Of a stretch of DNA of 64,000 bases, positions 38,166 to 47,800 are shown piece after piece. A model generated the notes under the pieces. The model saw only the letters and a program-made list of their open reading frames with translations. It had not been told where the DNA came from and did not search any database. Source of the DNA: Podarcis cretensis (taxonomy: Eukaryota). The stretch spans positions 51,646,001-51,710,000 of the forward strand of contig OX638157.1 in the NCBI GenBank assembly GCA_951804945.1, in the 5' to 3' direction. The number at the start of each line of letters is the position of its first letter. Position 1 is the first letter of the stretch. Position numbers and translations under genes: made by a program.

Positions 38166-39371
38166 CATTTGAGAATTATTTAGCTGTTACTCCACTTTCC
38201 CCCATTCAAATTAGACTCGAGAAGTCCACACCCAGAAGTACTTCAATATGTGGAGCAACTTTAGTTTTTCCCATTGATATCAGTAGGTGTTCATGGTATT
38301 GTTCTTGTGTTTCCCCCATCTTCTAATCTGTTGATTCTATTATTCCAATTAAGTACGAATAGGGCATGCATGCAGATAGTTGTATGCAGGCCCACGCAGA
38401 GCTTGTCTGAGGCCCAGCACAGGAGTCTTGTTAGGATAAAATAAATCTGATTTCAGTGTGACCTAAGCAATGCACTAGATTGAAGCCTCTGTGTAGACAC
38501 AGGTCACTTTTGTTTCACTATTCCAAAAGGGAGTGTGTATACAACTGAAAAGACATTTGGGAAAGCTAAGCATGATCAGATGTTCATATTTAGGAGAGTT
38601 AGACTTTAAAGGACCGTTGTGATTTTCTGTTAAGAGAGCATCTCCTAAAACTGAGTCTACCTGCTTCAGCTTTAATCAGGAGCAGCTGTGCATAATTAGG
38701 CATGGAAGCTTTAAAAAGAGTTGGCTCCCTTCAGAATGGAAACAGTCAGGGGGTCCCTGCCCAGATTCCAGGACTGGGAGCTTTTCTAAAGATGCAAGAG
38801 CTGTCTCCTTTATACTGCTTCATTGCTTAAAGGCAGTTTAGCTTCACAAAAGAACTTCGACTGTGGATTTTGCTGGCCTGTGCACCAAGAAAACAATATT
38901 TTATGAATCTCAACTCCCTGAAACATTCCCTTATGTTTAACTTGAGATTCATGCCGAGTTCTGTCTGGCTATACAGACTTTGGCTTTGGCACAGAGCAAT
39001 GTGTTATGCTTGCTAGCTTTTCAAAAAAGTACCCAGCAAGAATAGTATGCCAGATTAGTCTAACTGAATGTATGCTAGTTAGAGCTCAGATCGTCACACA
39101 CAAAATTACTTGCTAAAGTTGGAGGAAAGCCATACTTGATTGTAAATTGCTTAACTTGACCTCCTTTAATGATGTACTAGCTAGGTAGCGGCTGTTGCCA
39201 TAATAGCTACAACAACATTTTTTAAAAAAAAATTCTCTCTTTGTGGGGAATTCGTACACAGACTTCTTTTAATTGCACAGTTTGAGCTGTCTCCTACTGT
39301 TGAATAATTTAACTAGGAATTTCACACCACTAAAACTAGTTTTTCCATGAACTTAACTGGGCTGCTCCTCA

Positions 39372-40400
39372 GTGGAGGATAGATGGTGGCTAACAGATTG
39401 AATCCTGACAAGACAGAAGTACTGTTTTGGGGGGACAGGAGGTGGGCAGGTGTGGAGGACTCCCTGGTCTTGAATGGGGTAACTGTGCCCCTGAAGGACC
39501 AGGTGTGCAGCCTGGGAGTCATTTTGCACTCACAGCTGCCTATAGAGGCACAGGTCAATTCTGTGTCCAGGGCAGCTGTTTACCAGCTCCATCTGGTACG
39601 CAGGCTGAGACCCTATCCGCCTGCGGACTGTCTATCCGCCTGCGGACCAGAGTGGTGCATGCTTTAGTTATCTCTCGCTTGGAGTACTGCAATGCGCTCT
39701 ATGTGGGGCTACCTTTGAAGGTGACCCAGAAACTACAACTAATCCAGAATGTGGCAGCTAGACTGGTGCCTGGGAGCAACCACCAAGACCACAAAACACC
39801 GGTCTTCAAAGACCTACATTAGCTCCCAGTACATTTCCGGGCACAATTCAAAGTGTTGGTGCTGACCTTTAAAGCCCTAAACCAGCCTTTCTCAACTTGT
39901 GGGTCCCCAGATGTTGTTGAACTACAATGTTGGTGAACTCCCATCACCCCTAGCTAGCAAGGCCAGAGCTCAGGGGTGATGGGAGTTGTAGACCAACAAC
40001 ATCTGGGGACCCACAGGTTGAGAACCGCTGTGAAACGGCCTCGGTCCAGTATACCTGAAGGAGCATCTCCACCCCCATCGTTCCACCCAGACACTGAGGT
40101 CCAGTGCCGAGGGGCTTCTGGCAGTTCCCTCGCTGCGAGAAGCCAAGTTACAGGGAACCAGGCAGAGGGCCTTCTCGGTAGTGGCTCCTGTCCTGTGGAA
40201 TGCCATCCAACCAGATGTCAAAGAGAAAAACAACTACCAGACTTTTAGAAGACATCTGAAGACAGCCCTGTCTTAGGGAAGTTTTTAATGTTTGACAGAT
40301 TATTGTATTTTAATATTTTGTTGGAAGCCGCCCAGAGTGGCTGGTGAAAGCCAGCCAGATGGGCAGGGTATGTATAAATAATAAATTATTATTATTATAT
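39372..40400 (+). mobile_element. L2 LINE 3' fragment (RT C-terminus plus 3' UTR), interrupted by a MITE
   Basis: Translates NRLNPDKTEVL..SLGVIL..VVHALVISRLEYCNALYVGLPLK..KLQLIQNVAARL..FKVLVLTFKALN / GLGPVYLKEHL..RAFSVVAPVLWNA..FRRHLKT, ending in a (TAA/TTA)n tail. Confidence 0.93.
39883..40030. mobile_element. Palindromic hAT-type MITE inserted in L2
   Basis: Arms CAGCCTTTCTCAACTTGTGGGTCCCCAGATGTTGTTG and CAACAACATCTGGGGACCCACAGGTTGAGAACCGCTG split the L2 codons KALN|GLGP. TSD is only partly preserved (CCCTAAAC versus TGAAAC). Confidence 0.88.
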
Positions 40401-42715
40401 TTAGTGGCAGCCTGTGTCCAGTGGTACTGGTAGGCCAGAGGGAAGAGGTGAATTGTTGCCAAAGCCAGCTAATTCTGGTTTTGTTCTTTCCTCCTCTTGC
40501 GTAATGACACTAAGAACTCTTAACTACTGCAGCACATTTCCTTAGTACTTAACATGTGCCAGCTCTTCTTAGGCAGAGAGCAAGGCCCAGAGCCAGAGCA
40601 GCCTGAGGGGCTAAAATCCATTCACCAAGCTTGACAGCCTTTCTTTCTCCGCCAACATCTCATTTTCCTTCTACTGCTTCATCGTGGGCAAAGACTACAG
40701 CTCCCCTTAAAACCTCTTATATCTTTAAGTCTCCTATGCCTCTAACTCTTTATAGGGAAGAATTGCCTGCTAAGGAGAGCGCCAATAGCCAGTGCCAACC
40801 TCTAGACTGGTGGTAAGTAAGGAGTCTGGCAGGAAGGAAATGGGCAGGCTGGGGGTTGCCTGAACCTGGTGAGAGAGTGCCCCTTTCAGTCTAATAAGCC
40901 AGCATCTACTCCTGCTTTGGGTAGATGCTTTGAAGAGTGTGGCCTTTATGACACCTCTAAGCAAAATGTTCTTGTTCTTTTCAAAAGGGAGTAGACATCT
41001 GGTGGCCACATAGAAATATCGGGCAATTTCAGTTCACATTCTGAGCATATATGCTGCGATAACAACAGAGGCATGTTCTGTACCAAGCCCTGCTTCCAGA
41101 CATGAAGTAGAATCAAGGAAACCAAAGAAGAGGATGAATAAGCAGCAAAATATAAACAATGATGTGAAGGGCGGGTTCTGTTGTGATGGTAAACTGAGTC
41201 TAGGAAAGAAGCAGTAAGTGAACTGTGCTGGAAGCTTGTAATGATGAAGAAGAAGCAAAGGCTTTGTGTGGGAATTCCCCAGGGCGGGGGAGCATAATAA
41301 GCATAGAGAAATGATTGGGGGGTGTTTTGAAGGAAAAGATGACAATGGTAGAACCTCAGCTCGTGTTTTATGAACTTCAGCTGCTTCTGCTCTGTAAGAA
41401 TTACTTTTGAGTTCAAATGAACACCTAAGTAATCACCCTTTTTCTTTATAAATGACACCTTTGAATGCTCCATTTAAGGGAATATATCATTTCTTCTCAG
41501 ATTTGTATCTTGAGATATAGCTGACAGTTCATTAGAATTCGGAGGAGTCTGAAACTCAAAAGCATGCTTCTTGATGCAAGGGTAAATGGGTCATCATCCA
41601 CTATGTTGTTGGTTTTTGTTGGTTTTTGAAGTGTTTTTTTAAAAAAAGATGTTGCATAAAAATTGCTTTTAAAGAAGGAGCATTGTAAAAAAAATTTGTT
41701 AAAAAACTAATGTGTCACGACTATGGAAATATCTATTACTATCTTAAGTAATAAGAATTTGTTAAGCATATTTCCCAGAGGGAGAACTTCACACTAAGTA
41801 CACTGGTGCCCAGTATTAAAACTGAAGATAACAAGGCCTGTGCCGTTACAAATAATAGTGCTTTGTGTGCGCTCTGCTACAGCACTTTTCAGTAATGCTA
41901 TTTGCATGTAGAGTTTTAATTAAGAGATAACTGTCACCACAGGTTGACTGCAGAAGGCTCTAGTATCCAGCAGAGAGATAAATGCCAGTGCCAAGTTATG
42001 CAGGTTGGATAGCATACAGGGGGTCTATAATATAAAATGGATTCATAATTAAAAGTCACTTATTACATAGCCATTGTGTTATAGAGAGAAGAGAATGCCT
42101 GAAATCTGGCCATTTTATGGTATAATTTATTACCTATGCATTTTTTTTTCTGGCTCAGCTGCATATGAGCCTGTTTTAACAGAAAACATTTTATGAACTT
42201 TTTGAAGTGTAACTTTATAGTTTGCATATACACACATACTTAGATTTACTTCTGTCATCTCCTAAGGCTAAGACAATATGGTAGATGGCCACTGTTCCAT
42301 TTTATAAGATGGGACATTGAATACAAGAGTGACACTTCCAAAATCTTCTAATGGACATGATCAAACTTCACATACTCCTCCCCTCTTTCCATACATCTGC
42401 AAGGAGGACATTGGAAGCTTTCATTTCCACTTCTGGTTAACTATGATTTGTCATGCCATCTGGACTTACAAACTGTGGTTGACGTTGCTCTAATTAGTAT
42501 AAAACACAACTTTAAACTGTGGTTTGTCTAGTTGGCTTATTTGAACTAGCCATAGTTAATATTAACCATAGTTCCAGATAACATGTCACTCTGGGTGACT
42601 TAAAATAGAAGCCTCCAAACTCCTTGCAGCCACAGAGGGGGGAGGAGACAGGGAAGCATGTGATCCCAAGGCTTGCTACGGTTCATTCATGTCACACTAA
42701 ACCATGCTTTGATAA

Positions 42716-42911
42716 AACAAAATTTAAAAAATCCTTCCAGTAGCACCTTAGAGACCAACTAAGCTTGTTATTCAGATACTGAAGATGTGTGCATGCACAC
42801 AAAAGCTCATACCAGTAACAAACTTAGTTGGTCTCTAAGGTGCTACTGGAAGGAATTTTTTTTCTTTTGTTTTGACTACGGCAGACCAACATGGCTACCT
42901 ACTTGTAATTA
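42716..42911 (+). mobile_element. Penelope-like element terminal fragment with inverted duplication
   Basis: Arms CCTTCCAGTAGCACCTTAGAGACCAACTAAG and CTTAGTTGGTCTCTAAGGTGCTACTGGAAGG; 3' GACTACGGCAGACCAACATGGCTACC; 13-bp direct repeat CATGCTTTGATAA at 42703-42715 and 42912-42924. Confidence 0.85.
42779..42812 (+). ncRNA. Minimal hammerhead ribozyme relic (Penelope-associated), core mutated
   Basis: CUGAAGA-U, helix II GUGUGC-AU-GCACAC, then AAAA in place of the conserved GAAA, then the palindromic AGCU mini-helix III and CAUACC. Confidence 0.7.
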
Positions 42912-43728
42912 CATGCTTTGATAAGTAAGACATTTGAATACGTGATCAATGAGTCCATGTGTAAGGTGGGATTTCAGCTTGGATCAGTGTATAGTTATCA
43001 ATTGTTATCTATGCAATGAAATCTGAAAAATTATTCGTGCATGTTAGCAACATGGAATTTTGTGAAAATGGATCTCTAGGTTTCTTAAATCTAGGCCAGT
43101 CTCTTCATGCCTAAAGGGGGGAAATATCATTGTCTATGCAGGAGATAAGAGTCTGAGCAAAATGATTTGTCAAATGTATAGGTGCTCCCCCCATTCAAAA
43201 ATTATTATATTGGAAAGAAAAAGTATTCTATTGCTAGTATAAAATCCATATTCACTTCCTGTCATTTCCTGTCTTGCAGTCTATTTGTAAAACATACTGA
43301 TGTTTGTCCAGTACAGGATTACAGATTCTAAAGTGCTCTGTTCTGTTCTACAGACACAATAAAGAAGAAATAGATTAAAGCAAGTGGGCTATGCAAATTC
43401 TTAGTCTCTGAAACCAGAGCAGAACCATTGAGTTTGCAGTCAGAGATGTTTTAAAACTCTAAATTAATATTAAAATAAAGTGAAACTGAATAATTAAATT
43501 ATCCGGTTCTGCTATTATATACAACTAGGTTCTAAAAACTAAGTTGTTCAGGAAAACAAGCATCATATATACAATGTCAATACCAGAAGCTATCCATAGC
43601 ATCATGAATTTCAAATGAACATTTTCATTATGTGCTATCATTTTGTTTGACCATGATTTATTAAACTTTTATAAATAGATATAATTTGAAGGATGTAAAC
43701 AGTATTTTTTGATCTGTCACTCATACAA

Positions 43729-43776
43729 CCCTAACCATTTATTTTTTTAAAAAAATATTTTTATTTTTTTCCTTAG
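43729..43776 (+). promoter_or_regulatory. Branch point, U-rich tract and 3' splice site of the teneurin exon
   Basis: CCCTAAC at 43729-43735 (branch A 43734), then an AG-free U/A-rich stretch up to the first AG at 43775-43776. Confidence 0.75.
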
Positions 43777-43986
43777 GTCCTCCCATGCCATCCTCTTCAT
43801 CTAGTCAATCCGTTATTGAACATTTACATTCCCCTCCTCCATCACCTAATCTCCATGACAACCAGAGATGGTTGCTAAGTACTAGTGCTATCCAGCCAGT
43901 TCAGGACTCTGACACTGATGAGGACTATACTGCCAGCTCTTATCTAGTACAGACCGGTCCTGTTTCAGTTTTTGCCTCAGGTCATG
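43777..43986 (+). CDS. TENM3: Internal in-frame (cassette-type) exon of a teneurin gene, most likely teneurin-3, intracellular domain
   Basis: Acceptor ttttttccttAG|GT at 43775-43776 and donor CATG|GTAAGA at 43987. The exon is 210 nt, phase 1 at both ends, with no stops. It translates (G)PPMPSSSSSQSVIEHLHSPPPSPNLHDNQRWLLSTSAIQPVQDSDTDEDYTASSYLVQTGPVSVFASGH. From memory this resembles zebrafish Tenm3 (..PPSPNLHDNQ..QAVQDSDSEEEYTA..) and the paralogous Tenm4 segment (..SPPPSPPANESQRRLL..DSDSEEEF..). Flanking exons are outside the window. Confidence 0.85.
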
Positions 43987-44456
43987 GTAAGATCAGTACA
44001 TCTTGTCCATAGTTTAAGTGCACTTTTTGGTTTTTTTCATCCTGTTTCTTCATTCTAATGAAATATTAGCGAACTTGTTTGAGTGCATATGTGAAAGCAC
44101 AAGTAGATTTACTTTGTTGAAACCAAGCAAAAATAAGAAGACAGAATCACTTTTTGTTGTTTATTTACTTACATATTTAATGAAAAAGTCCTAATTTAAT
44201 TGAGATGTAGTAGCGTTTTCATTATATAGGAAACATTGATTCTTAATTGTACATAATTGCAGTCAATACCTGCCTAGCTTTGTAGATGTTTCTTTTCCAG
44301 TTGTATGCCATTTAGCTCAGCTTTGCTGTAAAAATATACTCTAGTTGCCTGTACCAAATTGACTTCGTAAGCTCACAGATAATACGTAATAATCCCAAGA
44401 CATTTTGCTGACATTTACAAAAGTCCAGTGCTGCCAGTGGAACAGCATCGTCCATG

Positions 44457-44840
44457 GTAAAAGGTAAAGGACCCCTGAACAGTTAAGTCCAGTCAATGGC
44501 AACTATGGGGTGCAGCCTTCAACTTGCTTTAGGCCAAGGGAGCCAGCATTTGTCCACAGACAGCTTTCTGGGTCATGTGTCCAGCATGACTAAACTGCTT
44601 CTGGCTCAATGGAACACCATGACGGAAGCCAGAGCACATGGAAATGCTGTTTACCTTTCTGCCATAGTGGTACCTATTTATCTACTTGCCCTGACTGGTA
44701 TGCTTCTGAACTGCAAGGTTGGCAGGAGCTGGAACAGAGCAGCGGGAGCTCACCCTGTTGAGTTGATTCAAACTGCTGATCTTCTGATCAACAAGCCCAA
44801 GAGGCTTAGTGGTTTAGACCACAGCGCCACCCATGTATCT
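44457..44840 (-). mobile_element. Full-length Sauria SINE (Squam1)
   Basis: Minus strand starts ..GGGTGGCGCTGTGGTCTAAACCAC, contains GGTGAGCTCCCG and AGTAGATAAATAGGTACC, and ends GGGGTCCTTTACCTTTTACC. TSD is ATC(G/C)TCCATG at 44447-44456 and 44841-44850. Confidence 0.92.
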
Positions 44841-47800
44841 ATCCTCCATGAACACGTGAAGGCAACAGGGTTAGCGCAGAGTGGCAGGGTAAGCTGCCTG
44901 GCATACACCGCTGACCTCCAATACCTTGCCATTGCTTCCCAGCCCAGTAGCTGCCTCCTGACACAGCTGCTTCACTGTGCAAATATATAAATTATTTATG
45001 TAGCCAACCTTCTAAGACCAAATATTTCGCACATTTTTTGCCTTGCATTATGAATTTATTTGCTTGGCAGCAGTTAAATGCTTGCTTGGCAATTATGAGG
45101 GTTTGTGTTTTTAATAAGAATAAGAATAATATAATTATTGCCCGGTAGTGAGATAGGCCTCATTGATATGTTTAGGGGCATTTCAGGAAAAGTAAAGCAC
45201 AGAGAAGGACAAACGGGGCTCATGATTGGTAGGCAGCTGATAATTCCCAGGTCCTATTTTTCCTAAGGAGCACATTGTACAAGTTGACCTTTGCAGAGTG
45301 TGAGTTTGAGCATTTTTCGAGTGTGAAAACTGTGTGTGTGCAATATTAGTGACAGATTCACATCCTTTTTGATATCTTGAAATTTACATAACTACCCAAC
45401 TAAAAATCAGTTAATATTCAGATAGGAAATTAACTTCAAAGAAATATTTTATATATCTTTTCATCTCTAATGACAGCAACAATCATCTCCTCCCTGCTGC
45501 CATTGGCAGGGCTAATAGTTGATTCAGGTGGGATATGATATTTTTGTGGGACAGCAGTGTATGTTCTGGCATGCTGTACTCCACACTAGAGACTCCACAC
45601 TAGGGTTTCAAATAGAGGTGTGGTAATAGTGAGTTTAAGCACCCACATTTCCATATTTATTATGGGTGTAAGTTTTTAAGCAGCTAATTTGAAGTAGGCC
45701 CTAGGTATCCTATTATACTGTGTTATGAGAAAATGTTCCCAACATACAAAAAAGGAGAACCTTTTTGAGGAAATGATGAAGGTACCCCTCCTGTCCCCAA
45801 GTTCATTGTGTTATCAAGGTTCCTGATCATGAGGCAACTTCTAAGCAAGTTAGGATGAATATACTTAGGTGTCCCCTTCGGATATTAGTGAGAGGCATGT
45901 GAAATTTGGATGGTGCAGTGGGTGCACCTAACTTGCAGGAAGCGTTGGACTGGCATGTACAGTCTTGGCTCTGTATTCAGCCTTAAGGCTAATAAGGCTG
46001 AATGTCTCAACAGGGCTAAGGTTTCCATGTCATGTGGCTGTCAAGCAGACTCTTACAATGGTATGTAAAAATGGGAATCATGGTATAAAAAGCAGCCATT
46101 TTTCCTTAAATGGTTGCATATTTTATTGCACTTCACCATTTCTATGCTTTTGATTTTTTTTATTGTTTTAATGAGTAAGAATAGTAAACAGAAAGAAAAA
46201 TTTCAAAGTATACAAATGAAATGATTTGTAATTCAAAATATAATATGTAGCCACAAAGCAATTTCTAAGTGTTTTTAACAGTTTTTAAATGTTTAAAATA
46301 TGTTTTCATTTTATCTTTAATTGCATTTTTATTAGATACTTTTGCTGCCCCAGGTTCCTTTAAGAGGAAGAGGGGATATAAAAAAAATCAATTTAAAAGT
46401 ATTCAATAAAGTATAAAAAAACTAACCATGAAGATGAAGGGGTTGATACACATGGAAATCTTTGAAAGGCTGGATATATATTGCACATACTGGCTAAAAA
46501 TGGACAGGGAAGAAACAGAACATCAAGAGTGGAAGATATATCCCTGTGCATTGCATATAATTTATTTGTGAGCAATAAAATTTAGGAAGAGAAAATGTAG
46601 GCTGGATAGTAAGAAAACTTTCCTGCCAGTGGATTATATTACAGTGCAAGTGTGTTTCCTGAGGGAAATGAAAAAAGTGCTACCACTTCCTAAGTTTTAA
46701 AACAAGAAGAAAAAATTTCTGATCAGTGCATCATTGCAAAAGGTGGCCTGGTTTCTCTAGTATAAGGGACCTATATTTTATTACTGCAACATTAGTTGAC
46801 AGATGTGTAAATAGGTATATATAATTTTAGTGAGCAATCAGCTCATAATATGATAGTGAGCCATTTATGTGTGGTGTTCTTTCAGTGCTCTAATCGTTGT
46901 TTGAATTTGTATTTTTCTTACCACACCTGAAATGACATTTACATACATTTTTTTTTTGTTACCACACAATATTTGACTCCAATAACATTAGCATGTTTTG
47001 AACTTGGAGCATACTAGCAGAGTTGAGTAATCCAGGTGCCTCATAAGACAAAGTGCTGTGCTAGGCAAGGCAAATATATGTTTACCTATCAAACAACAAT
47101 AATAAATACAAATTTAGCATGCATCAGCAACCAGCAGTAGTAGTGGCAAACTGGACAATCTGGGCGGGTTTATAAAATCATTTTATACAGCAGTATGTAC
47201 TCTCTTAATTTATTATATATAAAGCATATAAAATATACCGTATACTAGGGATGTTCATTGCATTCGGATCAAGCCTGAATCCCAAGGTGAAGCAGAGTTT
47301 ATTTGTCAGAGTTGAAGTGGGATCTGTACAAGGTGGTGCAAATCAAAGTGGGGCCTCTTAAAGCACATTGTGACACCTCAGCAATCCAGACTTTTCTTTA
47401 GTTTTTTAACTGCTGAAAGCATGAATAATGTCTGCAAGCTTGTTGCGGTAGGTGGAGATAGAGGAGAGCTAAAGGAGAGCTCCATTGTGATTGGCTCATC
47501 AGGCTTGTACACAGTAGAAGTGTTTTCACATTTCAATGAATGTCTTTTACTTCTCCCCAATGCAAAAACAATTTAAACAATGTCTAGCACCAAAGCCTTT
47601 GGACTGAATTGTCTGCAATTTGGCAGGTTTCTTACCAGGGTCACCTTTCGAATGTCTGCAGAGACTTAGAAGAACAAGCAAGCTTGCATAGGAAGAGTCA
47701 ATACTTAGGTCTCAAGCATCTCCTATGCAGTGGAGGTGGTTGAGTAGTTCTGTAGCTTACAGAGTAAAGCTTATCAAAAACCAACTAGAAAGAGATGGTT

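Noticed and set aside
40991-41009. CTCF-like motif (minus strand GTGGCCACCAGATGTCTAC)
   Set aside because: Mismatch in the high-information GGC core; a single motif without chromatin data is not supportable.
41033-41188. Possible 156-nt phase 1-1 cryptic exon (ttcAG..GATG|GTAAAC) with an open frame
   Set aside because: No polypyrimidine tract, weak donor and no teneurin similarity in the peptide. The stronger GTAAGT donor at ~41214 would shift the frame.
40946-41473. 175-aa minus-strand ORF
   Set aside because: Composition is not protein-like, no homology is recognised and it has no exon context.
44496-44990. 164-aa ORF
   Set aside because: Runs through the antisense strand of a Sauria SINE.
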